Origin: Holophagaceae bacterium
Lineage (GTDB): Bacteria; Acidobacteriota; Holophagae; Holophagales; Holophagaceae
Direction of reading: 5' to 3'
NCBI GenBank assembly: GCA_035254125.1
Contig: DATFAX010000051.1
Location: forward strand, 61,142 to 125,141
Length of the DNA: 64,000 bases
The notes beneath the pieces were generated by a model. That model searched no databases, was not told the origin of the DNA, and worked only from the letters and a program-made list of their open reading frames with translations. Made by a program: the position numbers and the translations under genes. Each line of letters starts with the position of its first letter. The first letter of the stretch is position 1. This document shows, one piece after another, positions 1-9,842 of the stretch.

Positions 1-1623
1 GATCTCGGAGCAGAGGAGCAGGCGCGCGCCCTCCGGATCCGCGAACCAGGCCGCGGCGCGGTCCCGCTGAACGAGGGTCAGCCCTTCGTGGAAGAGGGCC
101 GCCTTCACCCTCAGGTGGGCGCGAAGCGCGGCTTCCAGGGCCTCGGCCTTGCGCCGGGTGCGGCAGATGAGGAGCACCTTCGCGGTCCCGAGGCGACGCA
201 GCAGGTCCGCCAGCCCGATCACCCGGGGATCCCGGGCGAGGTCGGGGACGAAGGGGGCGCCCTCATCCACGTCGCCCTTCCACTCCCGCACCAGGCCCTT
301 GAGGACCTCGGCATCGCCCGCGAGGGGCAGGAGCCGGGCCTGGCGCCGGGGGAAGCCCGCCACCGTGGCGCGGGTGTTGCGGAACATCACCCGGCCCGTG
401 CCGTGCTGATCCAGGAGGGACGTCAGCAGCTCCTGCCTGGCCTCCGCATCCCCGCCCTCCACGCGGCCGAGCCGATCCCGCAGCCTGGCTTCCGGTTCGC
501 GCATCACGCCCGCCAGGGCGGCGACCTCCGCCGGATCCAGGGGGATGCCTGCGTGCAGCTTCTCCGCCAGCTGGGCCACGGCCCGGTAACCCTCGGATTC
601 CCGGAGGAAGGTGGGCAGGTCGGCGTACCGGTCCGGATCCAGGAGGCGCAGGCGGGCGAAGTGGCCGGCCTGTCCCAGCTGTTCCGGCGTGGCGGTGAGG
701 AGGAGCAGCCCGGGGGTTTCCCGGCCCAGGGCCTCCACGAGGGCGTACTCGGGGCTCGCGCCTTCCGGCGACCAGCCGAGGTGGTGGGCCTCGTCCACCA
801 CGAGCAAGTCCCATCCGGCGTCCCGGGCCTGGCGGAGCCGTTCCGGGTCGCGGGTGAAGAGGCCCGGCTCGCAGAGGATCAGCTGAGCCTCAAGGAAGGG
901 GTTGTTGCCTGGGGAGGCCGCCTCGGCCGCCTGGCAGCGGGCCTCGTCGAAGAGGGAGAACCAGAGGCTGAAGCGGCGCAGCAGCTCCACGAACCACTGG
1001 TGCAGGAGCGACTCGGGCACGAGGATGAGCACTCGCCGGGCTCGGCCCGTGAGCAGGAGGCGATGGAGGATGAGGCCCGCCTCGATGGTCTTGCCCAGGC
1101 CCACCTCGTCCGCCAGCAGCACGCGCGGGTTCAGGCGGGAGGCCACTTCGGAGGCGAGGCTCAACTGGTGGGGCAGCAGGTCGATGCGGCCACCCTGGAA
1201 TCCCCGCACGGGGGACTTTCGCCGGCGGTACTGGTGTTTGAGCGCCGAAAAGCGCAGCTCGAAGGCGGCGGACCCGTCGAAGCGCCCGGCGAGAAGCCGT
1301 TCCCGCGGGCCGCTGAAGGGCAGGGCGTGGCTCAATTCCGATTCGCAGAGGGTTCGCTCGCCGCAGTCGTAGTGGAGGAGGTGGTTCCGCTCCGCCACGG
1401 CGCGCACGGTCCAGGTGCCGCCCTGGGCGTCCTGGAGCGGGTCGCCGATCCGGAAGCCGACCCGCCGCAGGGGCGCTCCCTCCAGGGCGTAATCGCGGGT
1501 CTCCCCCGTGGCGCCGAAGACCATCCGCACCGTGCGCTCGCCCAGCGAGGCCACTTCGCCCATGCCAAGCTCGGGCTCCCCGTCGCTAATCCAACGTTGA
1601 CCGGGGTGGAAGGGGATCGGCAT
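1..1623 (-). CDS. rapA: RNA polymerase-associated SNF2-family ATPase RapA/HepA, N-terminal ~540 aa (gene continues beyond window start)
   Basis: Own translation of minus strand from ATG at 1623: MPIPFHPGQRWISDGEPELGMGEV...RVLLADEVGLGKTIEAG (motif I)...WDLLVVDEAHHL (DEAH, nt 781-804, in frame with 1623)...LLLTATPEQLG...RVMFRNTR. Collinear with E. coli RapA from residue 1. Absent from the ORF track because no stop lies inside the window. Confidence 0.9.
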   Translation of the reverse strand, partial: MPIPFHPGQRWISDGEPELGMGEVASLGERTVRMVFGATGETRDYALEGAPLRRVGFRIGDPLQDAQGGTWTVRAVAERNHLLHYDCGERTLCESELSHALPFSGPRERLLAGRFDGSAAFELRFSALKHQYRRRKSPVRGFQGGRIDLLPHQLSLASEVASRLNPRVLLADEVGLGKTIEAGLILHRLLLTGRARRVLILVPESLLHQWFVELLRRFSLWFSLFDEARCQAAEAASPGNNPFLEAQLILCEPGLFTRDPERLRQARDAGWDLLVVDEAHHLGWSPEGASPEYALVEALGRETPGLLLLTATPEQLGQAGHFARLRLLDPDRYADLPTFLRESEGYRAVAQLAEKLHAGIPLDPAEVAALAGVMREPEARLRDRLGRVEGGDAEARQELLTSLLDQHGTGRVMFRNTRATVAGFPRRQARLLPLAGDAEVLKGLVREWKGDVDEGAPFVPDLARDPRVIGLADLLRRLGTAKVLLICRTRRKAEALEAALRAHLRVKAALFHEGLTLVQRDRAAAWFADPEGARLLLCSEI

Positions 1624-1690
1624 GGGGACTCGCAGGGCTCCGGGAGGGTGGCGCTCCACCGCAGCCCTCCAGGCTACCGTGGGCGGGCGA

Positions 1691-2944
1691 TCAGCCCGAG
1701 GCCGGCGTCGGGAAGGCGGAGGTGCCGGTCGCCGCGAGGTGGTAGGCCTCCGGGTCTTCCGCCAGCTGTTCCACCAAGGTGGCGTCGATGGAACCCGTGG
1801 CGGCCATCTGCCTCAGCATGGCGAGGATCACCGGTGCTTCCAGGGGGCCACGGTAGGGGCGGTTCTGGGCGAGGGCCTGGTAGATGTCGGCCACGGCCAC
1901 GATGCGGGCCTCCTCGGTGAGGTCCGTGGCGCCGAGGCCGAAGGGGTAGCCGCTGCCGTCCAGTTTCTCGTGGTGGCTGGCGGCCCAGCGCGTGATCTCC
2001 TCCAACCCCTCCACGCCCCGCAGGAGGTCGAGGGTGGCGAAGCTGTGGGCCCGCATGGTGTCGAACTCCAGGTGCGTGAGCGGGCGGGGCGCCTCCAGGA
2101 GCTCGTCGGGCACCTGCAGCTTGCCGAGGTCGTGGAGGAGGCCCGCCACCTCGATCTTCTCGCAGCGGACGGGGGCCAGACCCCGGCGCTCGGCGATGAG
2201 GCGGGCCAGCCGGGCCACGCCCAGGGAGTGCTCATGGGTGAAGGTGGACTTCGCGTCGACGATTTCCTGGAGGAGCTGTGCGGCCGCGCGGAATTGGGCC
2301 CAGTCCAGGGCGGGGCCCGTGGCGGAATCCTCCGTGCGGGCCTGGAAGGCCTGGATGGCCTCGGCGGAACGCAGGTCCCCCCAGAAGCCGGGCTCCAGGG
2401 AGAGATCCTGGAAGGCGTCCACCAGGATCGGAGCGAAGGCCTGCCCCCGGTGGTAGCGCAGGAGGTCGCGCACGACCTCGACCCGATGCGGGCGGGTGGG
2501 GTCGGCGCCTCGGGAGGCGGCCAGCACGTCGATGCGGTCCGACAGGAAGATGAGGTTCGCCTGGAGCGCCACTTCCGGGGGGCATACCGCCGGGAGGTCC
2601 TTCCAGGCCGTGTGGTGCCAGCGCACCACCGGAGCATAGGCGGCCAACGGGGCGAAGGAGGCCAGGCGATCCGCGCCGATCTCGCAGTGCGCCTGGGCCC
2701 CGGCCCAATGGATCCCCCCGAGGAGGCGGTGGTGCTCCCGGGTGGTGGAGACGCCGCAGTCGTGCAGGAGGCCCGCCTCGTAGATGAAGTCCCGATCCTT
2801 CGGCGTCCAGCCCAGGTGCCGGGCCAGCTTCACGGCGATCATCCCCACGCGGCGACCATGGTAGAAGTCGTCCACCCCCACCAGGTCCACGGCGCGGCCG
2901 ATGAGGAGGATCAGCTGGCGCACGTCGAGCCGCAGGTCGGGCAT
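1691..2944 (-). CDS. HD-GYP domain protein (putative c-di-GMP phosphodiesterase) with a degenerate N-terminal HD domain
   Basis: ORF 1691..2992(-). C-terminal half has HSLGVARL...GLLHDLGK...HHEKLDGSGYP (HD-GYP signature). N-terminal half has a second HD-like module (HGRRVG...LLHDCG...RWHH) lacking GYP. Start placed at ATG 2944 (GAGG 6 nt upstream); ATG 2986 or TTG 2992 are alternatives. Confidence 0.8.
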   Translation of the reverse strand: MPDLRLDVRQLILLIGRAVDLVGVDDFYHGRRVGMIAVKLARHLGWTPKDRDFIYEAGLLHDCGVSTTREHHRLLGGIHWAGAQAHCEIGADRLASFAPLAAYAPVVRWHHTAWKDLPAVCPPEVALQANLIFLSDRIDVLAASRGADPTRPHRVEVVRDLLRYHRGQAFAPILVDAFQDLSLEPGFWGDLRSAEAIQAFQARTEDSATGPALDWAQFRAAAQLLQEIVDAKSTFTHEHSLGVARLARLIAERRGLAPVRCEKIEVAGLLHDLGKLQVPDELLEAPRPLTHLEFDTMRAHSFATLDLLRGVEGLEEITRWAASHHEKLDGSGYPFGLGATDLTEEARIVAVADIYQALAQNRPYRGPLEAPVILAMLRQMAATGSIDATLVEQLAEDPEAYHLAATGTSAFPTPASG

Positions 2945-3043
2945 GGAGACCTCGTGCCCCAATCTAGGCCGGGGACTGGGGGCCATGCGCAAGAGGGGCC
3001 CGGGCTTGTGATGGACATCATCACCCGGGAGGTGGAGTCGCCG

Positions 3044-4495
3044 TCAGCTCCCGGCTTCCAGGGCTTCCCGCATCCGGCGCACCAGCTCCTCGACCTCGCC
3101 CTCGCCGATGGAGGAGAACCCCAGCCGCAGGTGGGGGAGGTCCCTCCCAGTGAGGTGGAAGTCCCGGCCCGGCCGGAAGGTGACGCCCCGGGCCAGGGCC
3201 CGGGCCGACCAGGCGGGGACGTCGATGCCGGGCGCGGCCCGGAGCCAGAAGGCCATGCCCCCGCGCGGCACCTGGAAGGTGACGGCCTCCCCCAAGGTGC
3301 GGCGGAGCACCTGGGCGAAGGCGTTGCGGCGGGCGAGGTAGACCTGGCGCATGCGCTGGTGGTGGCGCTGCAGTTCGCCCTCCTCCAGCAGTTCCGCCAT
3401 GGCCAGCTCCAGGGCGGGGTCCCCCTGGCTGTCCACGGTGACGCGGAGCTGCGCCAACCGATCGATGAGGGCCTTCGGGCCGGCCACGAACCCGAGGCGC
3501 ACCGTGGGCGAGAAGATCTTGGAGAAGGAACCCACGTAGATGACGGTGCCCGCGCGGTCCTGGCTCGCGAGGGGGAGCACGGGGGGCCCCTCGTAGTGGA
3601 ACTCCGCATCGAAATCATGTTCGATGACGGCGATGCGGTGCTGCTCGGCCAGGTTCAGCAGCCGCGCCCGGCGGCTTTCCGGGAGGGTGACCGTGGTGGG
3701 GTACTGGTGCTGGGGGGTGAGGTAGACGGCCCGCACGGGCCCTTTCGCCAGCTCCGCCTCCAGGGCCTCCACCGAGAGGCCCTCGTCATCCACGGGGAGG
3801 GGCACGAGGCTGGCCCCGCAGCTGGCGAAGGCTTCGGCCACCCGTCGGCGCCCCAGCTCCTCCACGGCCACGCGATCGCCGGGCCGGACCAGGGCCCGGG
3901 CCAGCAGGAAGATGGCCATCTGGCTGCCGCGGGTCACGAGCAGGTCCTCCGGGCCCGCCGCGAGCCCCCGCAGGGAGCCCAACATGCCCGCCAGGGCCCT
4001 CCGCAGGCGGATCTGGCCTTTGGGGTCCACGGTCCCGAGGGGGCGCTGGGCCAGGTTCTCCATGGCATGCCGGTAGGCCCGGGTGAGGGCCGTCATGGGG
4101 AGGAGCCGGGGATCGGGCACGCCACTGGCCGCGGCCAGCTGGACCCCGGGGACGGGAGGTCCGTCCGCCGGGCCTGCCACCCCTTCCAGGGCGAAGCCCA
4201 GGCCCTTCGGGCCCGCGCCGGGATGGGGCGCGGCGGGACCGAGGGGGCGATCGCTGATGAAGGTGCCGCCCCCGGCCTGGGTGAGGATCCAGCCTTCGGC
4301 CAGCAATTCGTGGTAGGCGGCCAGGGCCGTGTTCCGGCTCACCTGGAGCTGCTCGGCCAGGGTGCGGTAACCGGGCAGGGGATCCCCGGCCCGGAGGCGG
4401 CCCCGCCGGATGTCCTCGACGATGGCCTGGGCGATGCGCAAGAAGATGGGCCCCGGCCCCTCGGGCAGGACGATGGCGTGATCCCAGCTCTTCAA
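3044..4495 (-). CDS. MocR/PdxR-type regulator: GntR-family wHTH fused to a PLP-dependent aminotransferase-like domain
   Basis: C-terminal ~484 aa of ORF 3044..5698(-): IFLRIAQAIVEDIRRGRLRAGDPLPGYRTLAEQLQVSRNTALAAYHELLAEG (GntR HTH), then a fold-type I aminotransferase region with VGSFSKIFSPTVRLGF (PLP lysine motif). The upstream part of the ORF is Gly/Arg/Pro junk overlapping the real protease gene. Start set at TTG 4495, preceded by GGGGAG. Confidence 0.8.
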   Translation of the reverse strand: MKSWDHAIVLPEGPGPIFLRIAQAIVEDIRRGRLRAGDPLPGYRTLAEQLQVSRNTALAAYHELLAEGWILTQAGGGTFISDRPLGPAAPHPGAGPKGLGFALEGVAGPADGPPVPGVQLAAASGVPDPRLLPMTALTRAYRHAMENLAQRPLGTVDPKGQIRLRRALAGMLGSLRGLAAGPEDLLVTRGSQMAIFLLARALVRPGDRVAVEELGRRRVAEAFASCGASLVPLPVDDEGLSVEALEAELAKGPVRAVYLTPQHQYPTTVTLPESRRARLLNLAEQHRIAVIEHDFDAEFHYEGPPVLPLASQDRAGTVIYVGSFSKIFSPTVRLGFVAGPKALIDRLAQLRVTVDSQGDPALELAMAELLEEGELQRHHQRMRQVYLARRNAFAQVLRRTLGEAVTFQVPRGGMAFWLRAAPGIDVPAWSARALARGVTFRPGRDFHLTGRDLPHLRLGFSSIGEGEVEELVRRMREALEAGS

Positions 4496-4544
4496 GGTGC
4501 TCCCCAGTCGGATCCCAAGGCTACGGCGAAGCGCCCCGGATGGG

Positions 4545-4587
4545 GTAGGGCCAGCTGGCCCAGCCCCCTGGGTGAAAGTGGCCCTAC
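4545..4587. promoter_or_regulatory. Inverted repeat GTAGGGCCA-N25-TGGCCCTAC (with central GGCCAGCTGGCC palindrome) in the mocR / M4-protease divergent intergenic region; candidate operator
   Basis: Read directly: 4545-4553 gtagggcca and 4579-4587 tggccctac are exact reverse complements. Lies between divergent starts 4495(-) and 4643(+). Confidence 0.3.
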
Positions 4588-4642
4588 ACCGGTCCTGGGA
4601 TGGTCCATAGCCTGACGGTTCCCCTCCGCTCCCGAGGTCTCC

Positions 4643-6856
4643 ATGCCCAATCGACCCCTGACCGCATCCCCCCTGATCCTGCTCCTGGCCGCCGGGTTCG
4701 CCCGGGCCCAGGGCCTGCCGGGCGATGGGCCCGCTGCCAGCCAGGCCCGCAGCGCCCTGGCGGCCCGGGCGGTGGACCTGGGCCTCGCCGAGGGCTCCGC
4801 GTTCCGCGTCCGCAGCCTCACCCGCTTGAAGGACGGCAGCACCCTCGCCCGGGTCCAGCAGACCCATCAGGGCCTCCCGGTCTGGGGCACCGAGGGCACC
4901 CTGCGGCTGGACGCCCAGGGCCGCCCGGGCCTCCTCTCCGCCCCTGTGGTGGCCGCGCTTCAGGTGGACACCCGGCCCGGGGTGGATGTGGACCGCCTGA
5001 CGACGCTCATCCAGCGGCGGGTGGCCGGCCCCCTGGCCAAGTCCCTCCAGCCGGAGCTCGTGGTGGTCCCGGCCAGCGCCGGGCCCAAATTGCGGGTGAT
5101 CCAGCGGGTGGAGAACGGCCAGGTCAAACATCAGCTCGACATGGCCCACAGCGTGTTCAGCGCGGGGCCGCGCCACCCCATGCTTGCCTGGCACGTGCGG
5201 GCGGACTGGAGCCAGGGGACCTCGACGGAAGCCGAGGAGTTCATGGTGGACGCTCACACGGGCCGGATCCTGGACCGCTGGCCCGCCCTCAAGTCCGACC
5301 AGCCCGTCCGGGGCACCGCCCATACCCAGTACAGCGGCCCCGTGGCCCTGGACACGACGGATCTGGAGAATGGCAGCTTCCGTCTCTATGACCTCACCCG
5401 CGGATCCGTCCGGAATCCGCTGTCGGGCCTGCCGGGTCTCGGGGTCTACAACCTCCAGCGGTTCTGGGAATGGCCCTACGGCCAGCGGCTGTTCTTCGAA
5501 TCGGGGACCAACGCCTGGGGGGACGGCCAGAACCTGGATCTCTTCTCGGATCCGTGGGGCGACACCACCACCGTCACCGGGCAGACGGCCGGTGCGGACG
5601 CCCTCTATGGTTTGGAGACCGCGTGGGACATGATGCGGCAGGTGTTCGGCCGTTACGGCGTGGATGGGATGGACACCGGCGTGTACGCCCGGGTCCACGC
5701 CAACCGCAGCGAGGCCACCTGGGATCCCGCCACCTTCAGCCTCACCCTGGGCGACATGCCGGATCTATCGGTTCCCGTGCACTACGGGAGCTGGATCGGC
5801 CAGCCCCTCACCATGCCCGAGATCATCGGCCACGAACTGGGCCACGGGCTCGTGGGCGCCACGGCCCGTCTGGAGGCCTCCGGTGAGGCCGGGGGCCTGG
5901 AGGAATCCGCTGCGGACATCTTCGGCACCCTCCTGAAGTTCTACATCGGCGGAGCCGGCGGCACCGGCACCTCGATCCCCGACACGGGCGGCAATTGGAC
6001 CTTCGGGCTGCAGATCCTGGATCCCGAGGTGCAGGCCTTCCGGAACCGCTACCTGGACCTCCCTTCCCAGGATGGTGTGAGCCCCGACGCGTGGTACCAC
6101 GGCCTCGGCGCCTTCGACCCCCACTACGCCGCGGGCGTGGGGAACCGGGCTTTTTACTTCCTGAGCCAGGGCGCACCCGCCGTGGGTCCCCTCCGCAGCC
6201 CCTACCTGCCTGCGGGCTTCCCGGGCATCGGCAACGACAAGGCCGCCCAGATCTGGTACTACGCCCTCACGGTCTACACCTGGCCCAGCACTGACTACCA
6301 TGGCGCCCGCTCCATCGCGCAGCACGCGGCCCGCGACCTCTTCGGCGACGGCAGCCCCGAGGAGATCGCCGTGGCCAACGCCTTCGCCGCCGTGAACGTC
6401 GGGGCCCCCTGGGGCCAGGCGCCCCGCCCCCTCGTGCTCCTGGATTCCAAGGCGCACCTGGACAACGTGCTCTCTGTGGCCGTGACGGGGGTTCCCGCCA
6501 AGCCCTTCGAGGCCCGGGTGAGCTTCGCCGCCAACCCCGCCGTCACCTGGTCGGCCCCGGATGGTGGCCTCATCCAGCCCGACGGCACCTTCACCGCGCC
6601 TTTGCGCCCCGGCTCGTTCTACCGGGTGCGGGCCACCAGCGTGCAGGATCCCCTGGAATTCGCCGAGGGGCTCGCCCTCCTGGTGAACATCGACGTGGAC
6701 GACGACGGGACCATGGACGCCACGGACATGGCCGGCATTGCTCTGCGCTACGGCCGGGGCAGCAGCAGCGGCGCGGACGTCTATCCCGATGGCTGGGTGG
6801 ACGACGCCGACGTGCAGGTGTTCACCGCCGGATTCAACTCGGTCTTTGGAAACTAA
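4643..6856 (+). CDS. Secreted thermolysin-family (M4) zinc metalloprotease, paralog A, with Ig-like domain and dockerin-like C-terminal tail
   Basis: 737 aa. Signal peptide (LILLLAAGFARAQG), FTP-like propeptide motif (QQTHQGLPVWG), HELGHG zinc site plus GGLEESAADIFG third-ligand motif. C-terminal DVDDDGTMDATDMAGIALRYG Ca-loop/helix. Confidence 0.9.
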   Translation: MPNRPLTASPLILLLAAGFARAQGLPGDGPAASQARSALAARAVDLGLAEGSAFRVRSLTRLKDGSTLARVQQTHQGLPVWGTEGTLRLDAQGRPGLLSAPVVAALQVDTRPGVDVDRLTTLIQRRVAGPLAKSLQPELVVVPASAGPKLRVIQRVENGQVKHQLDMAHSVFSAGPRHPMLAWHVRADWSQGTSTEAEEFMVDAHTGRILDRWPALKSDQPVRGTAHTQYSGPVALDTTDLENGSFRLYDLTRGSVRNPLSGLPGLGVYNLQRFWEWPYGQRLFFESGTNAWGDGQNLDLFSDPWGDTTTVTGQTAGADALYGLETAWDMMRQVFGRYGVDGMDTGVYARVHANRSEATWDPATFSLTLGDMPDLSVPVHYGSWIGQPLTMPEIIGHELGHGLVGATARLEASGEAGGLEESAADIFGTLLKFYIGGAGGTGTSIPDTGGNWTFGLQILDPEVQAFRNRYLDLPSQDGVSPDAWYHGLGAFDPHYAAGVGNRAFYFLSQGAPAVGPLRSPYLPAGFPGIGNDKAAQIWYYALTVYTWPSTDYHGARSIAQHAARDLFGDGSPEEIAVANAFAAVNVGAPWGQAPRPLVLLDSKAHLDNVLSVAVTGVPAKPFEARVSFAANPAVTWSAPDGGLIQPDGTFTAPLRPGSFYRVRATSVQDPLEFAEGLALLVNIDVDDDGTMDATDMAGIALRYGRGSSSGADVYPDGWVDDADVQVFTAGFNSVFGN

Positions 6857-6866
6857 GGAGCCTCCC

Positions 6867-7463
6867 ATGAAGCCTTCCCTCTCCCTCCTCGTCCTGCCCT
6901 TCGCCCTGCTCGGCCTCGTGGCCTGCGGAGGTGGCAGCAGTTCCTCCTCCGCCGCCCCGGCGCCGGCGGCCACCACCTTCACCTACACGGATCCCGCCGG
7001 CACCGGCTGGCGCCTGACCCGCGATGCCTCCTCCACGCCCACGCACCTGGTGCTGAACCTCGTGGGCCCTGCGGGCACCCTGGGCCGCGGGGCGGCCTTC
7101 ACCCTCAAAGGCGACGCCACGCGCCTGACCTGGGGCCGCATCGAAGGAGAGTACATCCAGGATGCCGGGCTCCTCGAGCTGGCCTTCGATCCCCAGGATC
7201 CCAACGACCCCAAGCTGATGGTGGGCGGCATCAATGGCGACCTCCTCATGGCCGGCGCGTTCCAGAAGGATCGGGGCCTGTCCCCGAAGGACCTGGGTGC
7301 CCCCCTCTTCCGCGTGGCCATCGACTTCAAGGCCAATGCCGGGCTCCATCCGGGCGACGCCATCCCCCTCACGGTGGTGAAGGCGCGGATGCTGCCCGAC
7401 GACCTCTCCACGCGGCAGACCCCGGACATCACCATCGCCACCGGAACCCTCATCGCCCACTGA
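6867..7463 (+). CDS. Putative lipoprotein, function unknown (cohesin-like sequence pattern, see findings)
   Basis: Internal ATG of ORF 6738..7463, in frame, preceded by AAGGAG. MKPSLSLLVLPFALLGLVACGG has a signal peptide and lipobox (LVAC), followed by a Ser/Ala/Pro linker. Sits between the two M4 paralogs. Confidence 0.75.
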   Translation: MKPSLSLLVLPFALLGLVACGGGSSSSSAAPAPAATTFTYTDPAGTGWRLTRDASSTPTHLVLNLVGPAGTLGRGAAFTLKGDATRLTWGRIEGEYIQDAGLLELAFDPQDPNDPKLMVGGINGDLLMAGAFQKDRGLSPKDLGAPLFRVAIDFKANAGLHPGDAIPLTVVKARMLPDDLSTRQTPDITIATGTLIAH

Positions 7464-7486
7464 TCCGCGTCTTCCGGAGCCTCCCC

Positions 7487-9775
7487 ATGGGAACCCACGG
7501 CCTCACCGCCCTCTGCCTCCTGCTGGCCGCCGCACCCGCTTCCGCGGGTGGCCTGCAGCCCCTCTCCAAGACCGCCCAGGCCGACCTGCGGCAGGGCAAC
7601 CAGCTCCAGGCCGAGCAGGCCAAGCGCCGCCTCCTGTCCGGCCGCGCCGAGCTGGGGCTGGGGGACCAGGATGACCTCCTGCTCCGCCGGGTCCACACGG
7701 ATGCCTACGGCCAGACCCACGCCCGCTTCCAGCAGCTCCATCGGGGGCTGCCCGTGTGGGGCGGCGAGATCATCGCCCATCAGGATGCCGAGGGCACGGC
7801 CCTGGCGCCCACCAACCGCGCCCTGCGGGCCGTGGCGGTGCCCACCACCGAACCCGCCCTCTCGGCGGCCCGGGCCGTGGAGCTTGTCCAGCGGCACCTG
7901 CCGAAGGGGCTCCGGCTCAACCACCCCACGGAGGCCGAGCTGCTCATCGCCCCCAACCCGGGGCGCAGCGGCGCGGCGTTCCAGCAGGATGCGACCGGGG
8001 CCTGGTCCTTCGATCCCGAGCACACCGCCTACGGCCGGCCCAGCTCCGACGCGGCCTACCTCCTCGCCTACCGCGTCAAGGTGGATGCCCTCCGGGCCAA
8101 TGGGCACCCCTTCCAGCAGGAACTCCTCATGGACGCCCGCAGCGGCGCCATCCTCCGCCGCTGGGACGCCTTGCACACGGACACCCCGGTGAAGGCCACG
8201 GGCCATTCGCAATACAACGGCCCCGTGAGCCTCGATGCCACCCAGCGCACGGACAGCGACAATCAGTACGAACTCCGCGACACCACCCGGGGGCTGCTGC
8301 CGCACCCCATCACCGGGGAGGTGGGCAACGTCACGGTGGACATGCAGAACAGCCCCTTCGTGGACGCCTCCGTCTGGCATCCCCTGGCCACGGGCATCCC
8401 CTACAGCAACGCCTCCACCGACTATGGCGACGGCAACGAGTACACGGAGATCGAGGATCCGGTGACCCAGCTCTCCACCAACAGCCAGACCCCCACGGGA
8501 CAGACGGCGGGCGTGGATGCGGCCTGGGGCCTCCAGCGCACCTGGGATTTCTACCAGAACGTCATGGGCCGCAATGGCATCGATGATCAGGGCACCTCGG
8601 TCATCATGCGCACCCACTTCCTGCCCGCCTATCCCAACGCCTTCTGGTCGGACCGGGACTTCGCCATGACCTTCGGGGATGGCGGTCCCATCTTCAAGTC
8701 CCTCACCGAGCTCGACGTGGTGGGCCATGAACTCTCCCACGGCGTCACCGCCTGGACGGCGGCCCTCTTCTACGGAGATGAGAGTGGCGGCCTCAACGAG
8801 GCCAACTCCGACATTTTCGGGACCATGGTGGAATTCTGGACCCTCGGGGCCGGTGCCACGGGCTCGGTCATCCCCGATACGGGCGGCAATTGGACCCTGG
8901 GTGAGCAGATCGTGAAGCTGCCCCAGATGCACGGGGCCCTGCGCTGGATGGACCGACCCAGCCGGGATGGCATCAGCCTCGATGCGTGGTTCGAGGGTTC
9001 GGGCCTGTACAACGTGCACTACAACAGCGGCATCGGGAACCGGATGTTCTACTTCCTCTCCCAGGGGGCCACCGCCCAGGGCGACACCAGCTCCGCCTAC
9101 GCCCCCCTGGGCTTCGCGGGCATCGGCAATCAGAAGGCCGCCCAGATCTGGTACCGCACGCTCTCCACCTACCTCACCACCTTCAGCGACTTCCACGACG
9201 CCCGGACCCAGGCCATCCAGGCAGCCACGGACCTCTTCGGCTCGGGTTCGCCGGAAGTGGCGGCCGTGGAGAACGCCTTCGGGGCCGTGAACGTGGGCCC
9301 CCTCCACGGCCAACCGGAACCAGCACGGGTGCACATGGACAGCGGCTCCACCTACTACGGCCCCATGGCGGCCGTCATCGCCGCGGGCCTGCCCTCCAAG
9401 CCCTTCCTGGTCACGGTCCAGAACACCGCGAATCAGGCCCTCACCTGGACCGTGAGCGGCGGGGGCAGCATCGATGCCGACGGCACCTTCCACGCCCCGG
9501 TCCGCGTGAGCCCCTCCAAGATCTACGAGGTGGAGGCCCAGAGCGTGGCCGCGCCCCTGCAGCACGCCCTCGGCTTGGCCCTCCCCGTGGCGGCCGATGC
9601 CAACGACGACATCGAGGTGGATGCCCTGGACCTGGCCCCCATCGCCCTGAACTACGGCCTCACCGCCTACGACCCGGGCTTCGATGGCCGCGCCTCCATT
9701 GGGGGCTTTCCGGAAGTGAACGACACCAGCGTGTTCCTCTTCACGGAGGCCTTCCGCAACGCCTACACCCGCTGA
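7487..9775 (+). CDS. Secreted thermolysin-family (M4) zinc metalloprotease, paralog B, with Ig-like domain and dockerin-like tail
   Basis: 762 aa. Signal peptide (ALCLLLAAAPASAGG), QQLHRGLPVWG propeptide motif, HELSHG + GGLNEANSDIFG zinc site. C-terminal DANDDIEVDALDLAPIALNYG. Collinear with paralog A. Confidence 0.9.
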   Translation: MGTHGLTALCLLLAAAPASAGGLQPLSKTAQADLRQGNQLQAEQAKRRLLSGRAELGLGDQDDLLLRRVHTDAYGQTHARFQQLHRGLPVWGGEIIAHQDAEGTALAPTNRALRAVAVPTTEPALSAARAVELVQRHLPKGLRLNHPTEAELLIAPNPGRSGAAFQQDATGAWSFDPEHTAYGRPSSDAAYLLAYRVKVDALRANGHPFQQELLMDARSGAILRRWDALHTDTPVKATGHSQYNGPVSLDATQRTDSDNQYELRDTTRGLLPHPITGEVGNVTVDMQNSPFVDASVWHPLATGIPYSNASTDYGDGNEYTEIEDPVTQLSTNSQTPTGQTAGVDAAWGLQRTWDFYQNVMGRNGIDDQGTSVIMRTHFLPAYPNAFWSDRDFAMTFGDGGPIFKSLTELDVVGHELSHGVTAWTAALFYGDESGGLNEANSDIFGTMVEFWTLGAGATGSVIPDTGGNWTLGEQIVKLPQMHGALRWMDRPSRDGISLDAWFEGSGLYNVHYNSGIGNRMFYFLSQGATAQGDTSSAYAPLGFAGIGNQKAAQIWYRTLSTYLTTFSDFHDARTQAIQAATDLFGSGSPEVAAVENAFGAVNVGPLHGQPEPARVHMDSGSTYYGPMAAVIAAGLPSKPFLVTVQNTANQALTWTVSGGGSIDADGTFHAPVRVSPSKIYEVEAQSVAAPLQHALGLALPVAADANDDIEVDALDLAPIALNYGLTAYDPGFDGRASIGGFPEVNDTSVFLFTEAFRNAYTR

Positions 9776-9842
9776 GTGATCCCCGGCCGACAGGGCCCCG
9801 TCCTCCCCTGGAGGCCGGGGCCCTGTGCAGGATGCTTCCGGT

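Noticed and set aside
1622-4615. 997-aa plus-strand ORF. Similar very long ORFs occur at 88-1920(+), 6983-9565(-), 20034-22142(+), 27434-30499(-), 35955-38081(+), 37793-39748(+), 42338-44599(-), 55659-57275(+) and 58358-60226(+).
   Set aside because: Their composition is Gly/Arg/Pro/Ala/His junk with no motifs. Each lies antisense to a gene with unmistakable family motifs (HD-GYP/MocR, M4 protease, radical SAM, PurL-like/amidase, TolC/RND, HK/NtrC, RecQ, Tig). They are open only because stop codons are rare at ~70 % GC.
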